A stretch of DNA of 63,959 bases, filler included, from Basidioascus undulatus (Eukaryota): assembly GCA_000826855.1 (NCBI GenBank). It is 8 parts of 8 records of this genome, joined end to end, with 100 filler letters (N's around TTAATTAATTAA, not from the genome) between each part and the next. Parts side by side here need not be neighbours in the genome. Positions count along the whole stretch, not along the records: positions 21,801 to 47,913 come from JTLS01000196.1; 7 more parts are not named here. The stretch is one strand, 5' to 3'. Of the stretch, positions 24,928 through 37,369 are shown piece by piece. Position numbers and translations under genes: made by a program. The notes beneath the pieces were generated by a model. It was not told where the DNA came from and did no database searches. It saw only the letters and a program-made list of their open reading frames with translations. Position 1 is the first letter of the stretch. The number at the start of each line of letters is the position of its first letter.

Positions 24928-25223
24928 ATTTTTGCATGAAATTTCTTTGCACTCATCTGCGGGGAGAGTCATCTTGACAACTGCCCTTTTCATCCTCAGG
25001 TTCTGAGGTACCTCCTCATTGTGCAGGAGACACGCTCATACATGCTTTGACCTATCCTTTGTCAGCGGCGGCAGTGTATTCGCAGTGTTGCATCATACGC
25101 CGCCCGGCTGTCTCGTTTCACATTTTCGGGGTGTGCGCAAGTCAAGGCAGTGAGGACAAGCGATTGAAAATTGTATATGATAAATGTGTATGGCCAAAAC
25201 CCCAAAGCGACAACACAGAAGAA

Positions 25224-26790
25224 TCAAGCTTTCATGGCATACGCGAAGGCGATTCCGTATTCAGTGTGAGACGTCTTACAGCTCCGTGCGTAAATGGCTA
25301 TGCATGTCCTGCGGCTCGGCCTCCGGACGAGGGTCGGGATCAAGCCGCTGAAGGTAAACGTCGAGCGGCTTCGACATAACAGAGTACGCGTGATGAAGGC
25401 GCACCGGAAGATCAGATGCATGTCGATCTCCCACAGGCGTCCCCTCTCGCGGAGACGCGGGTCTGAAAGAAAGCAGAATGAAAACGAGCGCAGCCTTGCA
25501 GATTAGGCAGCGGAAACCTACCGGAATCCACTCGCCCACAGGCCATTTGACGTATCTGAATCCAGCGCACTGAACGGTTCCTTCAGCCTGGCACTCAGCC
25601 CACAGTTTCTCGACTGTGATGTCTCGATGGTGAGCATGCGTGACGAAGAGGTGAGTGGAAAGAGATACGCGCACTGGTAGATGGGACGTGAAGGTTAATG
25701 CCGCTCGGTGCCATGATGTCCAAGACCTTGCCACCACAGTTGACGATAAACAGGTCCTCCGTCCATGGCCTCGTCTGTAGCGCTCCACAGATGTGGCTCG
25801 GCGAGCAGGAGAATGCCGCCGGGGCGAAGGAGGCGCAGAGTGCTCTCGAGCAAGGAGCGCCAGTCCGTGACCTGAGCCACATGAAGTTCATCACCTTTAG
25901 TCGAGACTAAAAGGGAGTCCAATGCTAGCTAATTGTCGTGACACTTACACCCGCAGTCATGGCACACATGTGGACAACGTCGAAAGACGCGGGTGCGAAC
26001 AGCTCGAGATCTTTTGCGCATCGCAGACCTCAAAGTTAACGTTGGGCGGAACAGAACTGCTGTTGTCTGAAGTCAGAGAGTTACCTAAAAGCGCGGGGAC
26101 ATTGAAGGAATACGTACTGAGGCTGTAGAGGAACAAGATCCACACCTGTGATCTAGCAGATTCGTACTGCTGGGCCGTCGATGGCCCTAGACGATGTAAA
26201 GTGCATTCTCAGCGGGTGTCTCTTGAGCGGCCTGAAAAAGACCTCATCATTTTCCGGTGCCTATCCCAATGTCTCTGCACTCATTCGTGAGCTCGAATTG
26301 CTAGATCACAGCGCGCGGTGGTGCACGTACATGACCCTGGGCGTGCCGCCTTCACTGGCTCGCCGCTCAAGGACCTCCTAGAAGTACAGCTTGCCCAGCA
26401 CAGTAGGGTAATTTGGTGCTATAGAACCCACAATGAAGCTTCAGTTACTTTAAGATCGATCGAACGTGCGCTGAACCATACATGGATGTCAAGCCGTTCG
26501 ATTTCCTCCTCTGCATTGGTTTTGGTTCAGCCAAGGTGCGTGTTGTGAAGGAATATGAGGCAATTTACCATCATTTGGCTTCGAATACACCTCGTTGGTG
26601 CTTTGAAACCTCCGGAATGCCATGCGCATGGTCAGCATCGTGCACGCTGCTTTACGAAGATCTCGCGACTCGCCGTGCTGGAGATACAGATCCTCTCGTA
26701 TGGTCGTCGTCAGTGAAGCGGTGCTCGGTGATGGCGACGTTGGAACAACCTCAGATCCCGGGGCGAGAGAAGCGAAGGCTGTCAAAATCC
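25224..26790 (-). pseudogene. LaeA-like/TAM-type SAM-dependent methyltransferase, disrupted
   Basis: RRFQSTNEVYSKPND|EEEIERLDIH, DIGIGTGKW, ITGVDLVPLQP, VPPNVNFEVCD, SFDVVH, LLRPGG, WPVGEWIP|DPRLRERG, AYAMKA*. Several frameshifts and a donor reading AT instead of GT at 26247. Confidence 0.8.
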
Positions 26791-28143
26791 CGGTTGGATA
26801 TTCTCAGCAAGTATCTCCCCCACAGCCATCCGTGTCGTGGTCATAACAACTGTGACTTACCCAGCCAGTCTCCAGGCGTAAGTCAGGGTCGAGCGTCGCC
26901 GCCGGAGAGGGAGGGAACAAGGCGGCCAAGAAGCGCAAGGTGAGGATTTGATAGTCGTTTCGCATATCTTACTCGCTCATGAAGTCTGTTAGGTCGAGCC
27001 GCTCAGGTCGACTGAATAACTGTATACCTCTCTGGGAGACGCTGTCAGGGACGTTCTTGAAGCTTGGGCGGTGTCCGTGAGGCTCGCTTTGGAGCGTTTC
27101 AGAATGTACCTTGTGTTGTTCTTGAAGAACAGAACACAGTATAGATGGTAATGTCCGAGTCTCCCAGAGAAGGAAGGACGCCGCTGGACGTTTACGTCGA
27201 ACGCAGTGCTTCGCGCCTTTCTCATTACCGTCCGTCAGAATGGACAAATGCTGGGCAAGATATGACAGACGGAAAAATATTTGAAAAGAAACTTACTGCG
27301 CGTACCATGCAGATGTTCAGGTTCCAGGCTTTTGGTGCACTACGTACAAACGTATCCGCTAGCGCCCGATCGGCGCATTTGCTCTTTCCTGCTCCATGCG
27401 CAGGCGGGCAGCCGCGTTGCAAAGGGGTATCGATACCCGTCTCGATCGAAGGGCTTCTGTTTGAGTGACCGACTTTCGGTGAATATGGGCAGCAGGGCTG
27501 AGACGGAGGCGAGGGGACGAGCGGGGAGGAACGCGTGAAACGCCGACGGAGTGCGAGTGCGAGATCATCGCACCGTCAGCTCCAAAGATGATGAGCGGGA
27601 AGAAAAGCGACAGAATTGAGCGGTATCAGCTACAGATTCGAAGAAGACGAGGTCAACGCGCAGCGTTCTTTCGACAGTTGTACAGCGCCGAGAAGATGGT
27701 AGCGAATAATGGACCACGATAGATTGGAACAACAAAAAACTGTCAGCAATGGTCTTCATCTTTCTCAGCGTGAAAGCATAGAATCGGTGAGAATGTCCGT
27801 GTTAATTGGACGATCGAGCGAGACGGGGTTAGGTGAAAGATCTCGATGAGCGGGGACAGTATTCGGAGCAGACCGAGCGCAGTAAGAGCACATGGTACGA
27901 TGAGTGATAGCACACATTTCTCTTCTGTTAGTTTTTGTGAGATGGATGTGGTGAGGAGGAAAGGTGGAAGGGAAAGGGAAGCCTCCAAATGCCTTTAAGG
28001 CCGGCCCTGAATTTGCTATGATACCTAGTATGACCGACTATGGCGCGCGCGTCCAACGCCTGCTCACCCTCATCACCTGCACCCACTCGCACTCCCCTCC
28101 CCCTCCCCACCTTCCCCGTATTCTCCCCTCTTCTCCCCCAAAA

Positions 28144-29795
28144 ATGTCCAAGCGCGCAGGCGAGGACGGCGCGGTTGCGCTGGTGAAGCGCCCGCGGCAG
28201 GACGAGGACGAGGGGCGGACGCAGGCGCTGGCAGTGTCCGCGCGCAAGGACGACGAGAAGAACGCGCTCATCCGCCAGGTGACGCGTACTTCGGGGCTGT
28301 CGGCGCCGATTGTGAAGCTGGAGGGGGCCCATTCGGTGAGTGGGAGGTTCGGGAGGTGCCTGCGCAAGCGTAGATGGTGAGTTGAAGCTCATGGACGGGC
28401 GTAATGGCGCAGGCGGAGATCACGAGCTGTAGGTTCGACCAGACGGGGAATAGCATTGTCGCGGCTGGAGTGGACAGGACCATCTGTGCGTACGCTCTCT
28501 GGTTCAGCGCGAGGACAGGTAGAGAACGCCAAGTTTTACCCTTACCTCCCCCAACCCCCCTCCAGCTCTCTGGCGAACCTATCCCCCCAACACCAACTAC
28601 GGCCTGATCCAGCACGCCCACAAGCAGGCCATCACCTCCGTCCTCTTCTCCCGCCTCTCACCCTCCGCGCCGCTCATCTACTCCGCCTCAGCGGACGGCA
28701 CGCTCGCCGTGCACTCGTCCAAAACGGGCGAGCTCGTCCGCCGCCTGCGCAACGGCCACACGGACATCGTCAACTGCCTCGACCGCACACGCCACGGCCG
28801 CGAGCTCCTCGTGAGCGGCGGGGACGACAGCTGCGTGATTGTGTGGGATCCGGAGCAGCGGGATCCGGTTGAGATGATCGAGTGGATCTGCCCCGTCACC
28901 GCCGTGGCGTGGAGCGATGACGGGGCGCAGGTATTTATTGGCGGATTGGATAACGACATTCATGTGCGTTCCATCACCCAGCCTCCCCTTCTAACCGTTT
29001 CGGTCCCCTTTTCACTTTGCCCCGATCCCTTCTGCTCACCGCGCCCCTCCGCCCTTAACAGGCATACGACCTCCGCACGCACAACACGTTCTACACCCTG
29101 CGCGGGCACACCGACACGATTGCCGGCCTCCGCCTGTCTCCAAACGGGCAATACCTCCTCTCGACGTCCTACGACTCCGCCGTCCGTGTCTGGGACGTCC
29201 GCCCCTTCTCCGCCTCCCCCACGCGCGAGCACCGCGTCCTCCTGGGCTGCCCGGCGGGCTTCGAGGGCGTCTACTCCCAGCCGGCTTGGAGCCCCGACGG
29301 CGCGCGCGTGGTCGCAGGAGGCGCGGATCGCGCGGTCACGGTGTGGGAGGTCGAGAGCGGGAGGGTGCTATACAAGGTGGGTGGGTTGCTCGGAGAACGC
29401 TGGGGTTCGCTGGACGCGATGGATGTGGCAGGTGCGGTTGGATATGAGGGAGCTGCTTAGGGGTTGAGAGTTAGCGAACACGAACTGGAGTTTCCGCGGC
29501 CGCGCACTAACTGAACCGCATTGGGCTGGGCGTGGGACACAGCTGCCGGGCCACACTGGTACGGTCACCGCAACGGATGTGCACCCGAAAGAGCCAATCA
29601 GTGCGTTTTTCCTTCGTCTCACTACCGGCATCTTCATCTCCTGACCTTCCGCGTTGCTCCGCCCGCAGTCGTATCCGCAAGCAAAGACGTGCGTATTCCG
29701 CTTTTGGTGCGCAATCTGCGCTTGAGACTGCTTCAGCTCATTTGGTCTTCCTTATATAGGCGACGATGTTCCTCGGCGAAATCGAGCCGTCTTGA
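28144..29795 (+). CDS. SNRNP40: U5 snRNP 40 kDa WD40 protein (SNRNP40/Spf38)
   Basis: RTSGLSAPIVKLEGAH, NYG, SASADGT, LLVSGGDD, VTAVAWSDDGAQVFIGGLDNDIH, VRVWDVRPF, GADRAVTVW, LYKLPGHTGTV..HPKEPI, MFLGEI; complete spliced model. Confidence 0.93.
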
Positions 29796-30484
29796 TGAGT
29801 AGAGAGGGGGACGGGCCGGTGCGAAGGGCGGCCGGATGGGCGCGGATTGGGTGGTATACCGGGCGGAGGCGGGGGCCATGGACAACAGAAGGCCTTGTTG
29901 TGTCTGTACGTTTGGAATGTACAGGCTATGCGACTCACGCGGTTGTGCTCCGGATAGTGGGCAGTGAGGTTGGTACTCCACCGTGCCGTTGGAGAAAGAA
30001 GCCGAAGGCAGATGGTGCTTTTCATCTATGGCCGCGTTACCTATCGCTCACACATTTTCGCAACTCGATCGACTTGAGTTTCGAACATTGTCTCGCTTGA
30101 TACCGCACCATCGTGGTGCGCAGACGAAACGAAGCTCGACGACGGCACGACCGCTTCGCGCACTAACGCTCTTGCCTCGCTGCCCAAGGCTACAATGTTC
30201 ATCTCCGCCATTTCGCCTCCGTCAGGCTACTCACCGCCGCGCTCCGGGCGGAAGCTCATTGTATCTGGTGTGAGCGCCCGACTGCATCTCGACAGGCATC
30301 GAGTTGGCGCTGTGGAGGGGCGGGGCACGTGGACGCTCCCATTCACTCGGCGCTCGCTATCGTTGGTCTCGTCGATTTTGCGCGTAACTTAACAAAACCA
30401 GGAAAGATTTCAATGACTTCCTGCACGCCCTTTTGCCTTCACACGCTCATCAATCTCGTCGTTCCCTCAACCCAGTCGAACAGC

Positions 30485-32224
30485 ATGTCGAGCTCGTCGC
30501 GCACTGGCCTCTTTCTCCGTGTCCTACCCATCCTTGCCGGGGACTGGGCGCGTCAACCCTTCGAGCCCATCGGTCGCGTCTCGCCCGGCACTCTCGATCT
30601 TACGCCGCTCCTCTATCCTCTTCGTCAGCCGCGCGACATACGACCTCGTCAAGGGCGAAGTGTACAGGTCCACGCGGATGTTCCGAGCGCACGCCGATAG
30701 CCTGGAGCACACGACCTGCAGGCGCGGCCGCTGCTCAATGGATCGCCTGAAGGATGTGCCTCCCCTTTTATGGTGCGTTGATGCCGTTGGTCCTTATTTT
30801 AACGCCAACCCTTTGTCTGACACCCTTGTTTTATTCCCCTTTGCGAAACAGGAGCTTGAACGTCCAAGTCAAGGTGGCCGACGGCGGGATCGATCTCCGC
30901 TTCTTGCTTCCTTGGCGCCCTGACGAACCTCCGCTCTATCGGCCTCACCTTGTCCGACCTCCGGTATAAGGAGCTTCGAGAGCCATCCGATCCTGCCGCG
31001 ATGAGGAACTCTTTTCGACGCTTCGATCGCTGCCGCTCGAGCATCTTGCGCTGTTATATCAAGCATTCGATGCCTTCGCCGTCGTCCCTTTCTTGACGCT
31101 CGCGACGCTCTCCCGCCTGCGGTCGATCCTTTTCTTCCAGGATAAGAGCGGAGATCCGGGCGTCTTGCGGGCCCTCGCACCAGCCGCTACACTCGAGACA
31201 GTCGGGCTATCAAACAGCTCGCGCTCTGAATCGACAGCGACGACTACTTCCCTTCGTCGCTCGTGCTGCCCCGTCTCCGCTCTCTCGCTACCATCCACTC
31301 TCTTCGTCTGAGCCCCGACTTGGGGATCAACTTTCTTCGCCAACCACCCTTCACTCGAGTTCTTTTCGCCCGGAAGCACGTCGTCCCTTCCTTCCGAGGA
31401 CGTGGACGACTCGTCGGACGAAGTTTACATCACCGCCGTCCACCCGCCGCCTCTCGATCCGCCACCTCTCGCTGTCGGGCATCCCGTACCGCTCCGACCG
31501 AATGCTCGAGTTCTGCCCTCACCTCGAGCGCCTGGAATTGCACAGCACTGCGCTCGTGGCGCGCGAGTACGCCGCTAAGCTCGACCTCCTCGTGCGACGG
31601 CTCGCGCGTGTTTTGAACAGGGCGAAAACCATGCGCGCAGCCTAACTTCGTCTTCGGGCCGTCCTCAACCCCCCGGCGCTGATGTCCTCTGCGGCTCGAT
31701 GCGGGGCGTGGAAAGCCTCGAGCTGTCGGCGGGCTGGCCTGGGCGCGCGGACTTCGGTTCCACTGCGGATCTAGTACGTTGCATTCCTTTCCCTTTTTCC
31801 TTTCCTCTGAATTATGCTTGAGACATGTTTGACTCGCTACTAAGCGCGCCACAGTCAACGTTCATTGCCGCTTTTCGACCTCTGCAAGGTATCCGCACGC
31901 TCAAGCTCGTCGACGTCCTTCCCATTCCGTCCGGCGTCCGCAGCGAAAACGTCCGGCCTCACCGACCCGCGAGAGTTCGACGATGTCGCCGATCCCGCGG
32001 CGTTCGAGAAAGAGAGGCGCCGGATCCGCGAGTGGTTCGCGAGGTGGGTGCGCGAGAGCAGGCCCGCGTATAGGAGCGCGATGGAGGAGATGGGCGAGGT
32101 CCTGCCCCAGCTGCAGAGGCTCGTGTGGTCCTCGGAGAGGTTCGATGCGAGGGGTTCTTGGAGGCTTAGAGGAGGAGCGACGGAAGCTGGGGCTTGCAGT
32201 GGCGTCTGTGGTACGACTCTGTAG
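30485..32224 (+). pseudogene. F-box/RNI-like leucine-rich protein, disrupted
   Basis: LFVSRATYDLVKGEVYR (F-box-end-like) followed by LRR-like segments (LATLSRLRSILF, LPRLRSL, LQGIRTLKLVDVL, LPQLQRLVW) scattered over different frames. Confidence 0.45.
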
Positions 32225-33002
32225 GTAATGTGTGGAACGCTTGAGCCGCAATTTGGGCCCTTCCATTTTCAATATCATACCTATTTCAGCGCGTACGTTG
32301 AGCTGGCTCTATGTCTCAAAGCAGGGTCAGACTCTCTAATAAGATTCTCAGGCAACGTCTGCCAGTCGCGCCTGGAGGCAACACACGGCGCGCGTCGCGG
32401 GAGAAAGATTGCACAAACGCGCACGAGAATGACAGAGACTATATGGCGTCGCTACGGATAGTAGGATAGAATCCATGCAGTAGTTGCAAGCGAATGTGCT
32501 ACCATTCGAGCAGGTAAAGCCTAGACGATGATAATGCAGTCAGGAAACGCTTCGCATTGGCAAGCCGTACGCAATGAAAGTCGTTCGACCGATCAGATAT
32601 CAGCTGCCTACTGGTTAAGCCTGTCGGTTAATCCTTGTTCATCCACCGGTAAGACATTTAGACAGCGGACTATACTCCTGATACCGATTGGCATTTGCAT
32701 GCGATTGAGCGAGCACAATTAACTACAGTGTTCCGTCGGGATTCACAACCCTCTCAGAGGATTTTCTGGGAGGCGACACTACTCATTATAAATTAATAAT
32801 AAAGAAGAAGAAACAGGCGGCTGCAAGAGATTCTTGCAGTCCGTGTTCGCAGCACGTCCGGACGTCGGACGTCATCCCGGGCTGGAGACGATTCCCACAC
32901 TCCCGGCTGTTCGCATTCTCCTTTGGACCTTGAGCCCCTTCCATCATCACCTCACCGAGCAGTAACGATAGATACACACAAGAATCCTACTTTCCCCGCA
33001 CG

Positions 33003-36000
33003 ATGGCCCTCCCGCGCTACACGCTCTCCCAAATCCTCAGCGGCCACACCGACGACGTAAAGGCCCTGGCGTCTTCTTCCTCCTCCGGGACGACCACGCT
33101 CTACTCTGCTTCTCGGGACGGCACCGTCCGGGCCTGGAGCCGAGGTGCAGGCGCCGGAGAAGCGCACGAGGGGGAGTGGGCGCAGGACAAGGTGTACGAG
33201 GGGCACAAGGGCTTTGTGAACGCGGTTGCGGTCCTCGACTCTCCTGAGCCGTCCGAGAGTGCGTCCTCCATCTGCGTTTTTTCCATATCCAAGGTTGGAG
33301 AGAGCTGATGTGAGGGGTGGTGGGGAGAACAGACCTCTTAGTGTCAGGCGACATCGACGGCCTCCTCCTCCTGCACGACCCCGCGCGAACGGACAAGCCA
33401 CTCCATGTCCTCTCTGAGCATTGGGCGAACGTGTGCGCGCTGGACGTGGATCCCGCGCGGGGGTTGATCATCAGTGGGAGCTGGGACAAGACCGCGCGGG
33501 TATGGGCGAGGGAGGAGGGCGGCGAGTGGGCGCAGGTGCGGAGGCTGGAAGGCGCGGGGGAGGCCGTTTGGGCGGTCAAGGTCTTGCCGGACGAGGGGGG
33601 GTTCTTGGCGGGTGAGTTGCGCTGTAATACTGAGGGTGACTCATCGCTCATATGGAGGGGATGGGACGCGCAGGCTCGGCAGACAAGTCCGTTCATATCT
33701 GGTTCCCGCCCTTGGCACCTTTTCCTAACTCATCCACCTACCTTGCCTTCCCCAGACTGATACGCCACTACTCCACTGCCGGCGAACTTCTCCGCACATT
33801 CTCGTCCCACAGCGATGCCGTCCGCGCACTGGTCCTGCTCGACTCCGACCGCTTCGCCTCGGCATCTAACGACGCGTGCGTTGATCTCCTTTCCCCTCCT
33901 TCCTGCCTTCACCTTCCCTCTCCTCCCCTTTTCGCGAGAAACAGAAAACTTACACACTTTTGAGGAACAGCACAATCCGCAAGTGGTCCCTTTCCAGCGG
34001 CGAGGAGCTCTCCACCCTCTCCGGCCATTCCTCATACATCTACGCCCTCGCCGTCCTCACCTCTCCTTCCCCGTCCTCCTCTTCCTCACCTAACGAGGAC
34101 TACCTCATCTCAAGCGGGGAAGACTACGAAGTCCGAATTTGGCTGGGTACGCCTCATTTTCACTCTTTACCCCCACCGGCTGGCCTTTTACAAAGAAGGT
34201 GCGCGGGATGCAGGCGAAACATGCCTCCAGACGCTCTACCTCCCCGCCGTGTCTCTCTGGTCCCTCGCCGTCCTCCCCAGCGCCGGCGCCTCGCCAACAG
34301 GGGATGTCGCCCTCGCCGGGTCGGACAAGAAGATCTACGTCCTGACTTCTGCGCCTGAGCGCGCGGCAGAAGGGGAGACGCTGGATGTGCGTCTGTATCT
34401 GTTTTGGCGCTTGTTCCTGGGGAGCGGAAGAGACGCTGATGGATTGCCCGGCGGGCGAAACAGGCTTGGTCGGAATGGCAGGAAAGCCTTCCGATGCGGT
34501 CAGTCCCGAGATCGGCATTCTCTACTTCACCGCTGACTCCCCGCACCCACTCCACCCACAGCCAAACCGGCCGCAACGCGCCCCCCGCGCTCCCAGCGCA
34601 GACGCTCGAGCTCGAGCTCGACACGGCCGACGACGCGCCCAACCTGCTCTTCACCTACACGCGCGGGACGGACTTCGAGGCCGCTGCGAGGGAGTTCGTC
34701 CAGCAGCATGAGCTGCCGGAGTCGTATGTCGGTAGGATTGCGCAGTTTGTGAGGGGGGCTTTGGAGGAGGGGAGAGAGGGGGAGGCGGAGGCGGAGGCGG
34801 AGGTTGAGGTGGAGGGAAAGGGGGAGGGGAAGGAAGAGGATGGGGAGGAGAAGAAGAAAGATGAGGAGGAGAAGGTTGATCAGGACGACAAGGCGGAACA
34901 GGAGGAGAAGAAGCCAAGCAGACCGGCATGGGACGAGTATGAGGGGTTCGCGACTGATGGTGCGTTCCTTGCTCGGTTTTCCTTCCATTCATGCTCGACG
35001 TGCTCGTCTGACCTGGGGATTGTGGGTACGTCAGAGGACAGCAACGCAGGTTCTTCGGACGTGAGCTTTTCTTGGCCTCACTTTCGCCCTTCAGTGGAGG
35101 AAGCGCAAGAAGCGCTGATGTCTTGCTCGCTCTGGCTCGTTCTCGCGCAACTCAGGTCGGCTCGAAACCATTTGAGGCCACTCTCAAGGGCGTGGCGGAG
35201 CTAATCAAGTCCGGAAAAGGTGCTCTCCCCCCTCTTCCCTCCGCCCCTGTAGTCCGAGTTAGCCAGCTGATGAGATAATGGGAGCACAGTCAAGAAGATC
35301 ATGATTATGGCCGGCGCGGGGATCTCTACCGCCGCGGGGGTGCGTTTTTCTCGGACTACGTGCGGGGGTGCGCAAATGTATTTGTTGGCTCATCTGCCCG
35401 CATAACAGATCCCGGATTTCAGGTCGCCTGAGACTGGGTGCGCTTCCTTCGCTCGTCCCTTAGATACATGACGGCGGCTAATTGAAGACGATGGGCGCGC
35501 GCACAAAGGCTGTATGCGAACTTGCAGTGCGTCACGTCCGGTTCGCATCCCGGGCCAGGAGTGTGCGGGTGGAACTGAGCAATGCGAGCCGCTGCAGAAC
35601 GTATGGCCTGCCTTACCCGGAAGCGATCTTTGAGATCGGGTACTTTTCGCGCAAACCGGAGGTGCGTCGTTGAACAGCATGAAGAGCACGCGGCCCTTTG
35701 AGCGTGGCAGATTGACGCATTCCGATGCTCGGATAGCCGTTCTACACCCTCGCAAAGGAGCTCTATCCCGGTACGTGTACCTACTCTTCCCGAACGCAGC
35801 GAGGGCGGCGGCTGATGCTTGTGGGGTGGTGCGCGTGAGGAAGGTCGCTTCTTGCCGACTATGACGCACTACTTCTTTGTTCTGCTGGAGAAGAAGGGAC
35901 TGCTTCAACGAGTGTTTACGCAGAACAGTTCAGACTTTCTTTCCCCGATCATTTGGGCAGAGCTGAGCTGGCGACCGAACTGAATGTGCGACTTTCTGCA

Positions 36001-37011
36001 GTCGACACGCTAGAGCGGATCGCGGGTCTACCAGCAGAGTGCGTCGACTTGTCTCTTCCTTTCGCAGTACAAGACTGACATGGAGCTGGACGGGCACTGA
36101 TGGGATCGGACAGGCGCATAGTCGAAGCGCACGGCTCGTTCGCAACAGCGCGGTGCATCCGATGCAAGCGCCTCGCAGACGCAGACTGGGTGCGCCAGTG
36201 CGTCGAGCGCGCAGAAGTCCCGCGGTGCAGGGAGAAGTGCAAGGGGAGGAAGGATGCGCTGGTTAAGCCTGATGTGCGCATCGAGGTCTAGTCTGGATGT
36301 ACGGCGCAAGGGGAAGGTGCTGATCTTGGGGAGTCGCGGTAGATTGTCTTCTTTGGAGAGGTATGTTGCACGCGGAGGGCGGTGGTTGATGTGGTTTGTG
36401 GATGAAGAGCTAAACTGCTGCCGTGCACGACCAGGGTCTTCCAGACTTGTTCTTCCAACGCCTCTCCGACTTCGCACAAGCAGATGTACGCTTCTCCTCG
36501 CGTTCTTTCCCCCATCCCTCATTTCCCCACTGAACCCCATTGTTCCCTCTCCCGCCTCCGCAACCAGCTCCTAATCGTCCTCGGCACATCCCTCAAAGTG
36601 CACCCCTTCGCCTCGCTCATCGCCCATGTGCCCCCGCGCTGCCCCCGCGTGCTATTCAACCTCGAGCCCGCGGGGGAGGAAGGTCCCGGCGGATTCGATT
36701 TCTTCCGCGAAGGCGGGAGGGACGTGGTTGTGCTCGGCGAGGCGGACGACGGTGTGTTGAAATTGGCGGACTCGCTGGGGTGGAAGGCCCGTATTCCTTC
36801 CTCGCTTCCCGGTTTGGAAGAGCAGGAGGCTGAAAGGTTTTTACGGCGAGGGCAGGACGAGCTAGTGGAGTTGTATGAGACGGAGCGGGAGAGAAAGACC
36901 AGGGAGTTCGGAATGGAGGGAGCGGCGAAGGAACAGCCTAAACTGTCGGCGGACGAGGAGCTCGAGAAGATCGCGGAGCAGTTGGAGAAGGTGTCGGTCG
37001 GGCTCAAGTGA
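33003..37011 (+). CDS. Fusion protein: Doa1/PLAA-type WD40 + partial PFU + acidic linker + Hst2/SIRT2-type NAD-dependent deacetylase (22 exons, 819 aa model)
   Basis: WD40: LSGHTDDVK, SASRDGTVRAW, FVNAV, HWANVCAL, SGSWDKTARVW, AVWAV, GSADK, HSDAVRAL, FASASND, GHSSYIY, SSGED, PAVSLWS. PFU-like: LELDTADDAPNLLFTY..AAREFVQQHELPESYVGRIAQFV. Sirtuin: GAGISTAAGIPDFRSPETGLY, TQNIDTLE, EAHGSF, CIRC..CREKC, KPDIVFFGE, GTSLKVHPF. All junctions are phase-compatible. Confidence 0.82.
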
Positions 37012-37369
37012 GCCCCAAACTGGATGACTATGTTGGATGCAGATATCGAGTGGTCGGTCGAGAGGAGTGCACCCTGCTCAGGTGCCTGCCTATCTCGTCT
37101 CGCGAAGGATGCTTGTAAAAGAGAGCAATTGAAGTTGGGACAACAGAGAGGCATCGAAAGGGCTTTTTGTGCATGAGACTGCGTCAAGTAATATTCCATG
37201 TTCGAGCCTGCCCGATGGCCGGTGAGGCGCCTTCAAACGTCGCATACCGGAACCTGTGCCTGTTGGCACGCCCTCGTAAACTGCGCCTCAGTGTACGTCG
37301 TGCTGTTGAAAAGGCCCACGATCCTGCCAGACTCCCAATTTGAGAAACATGTTTGAAGCAGACGATAGT

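Noticed and set aside
35301..35309. ATGs in IMIM as an independent sirtuin start
   Set aside because: Starting here would delete the conserved TLKGVAELIK helix and part of the first strand, and well-formed in-phase exons lie upstream. Disfavoured, though not excluded without transcripts.
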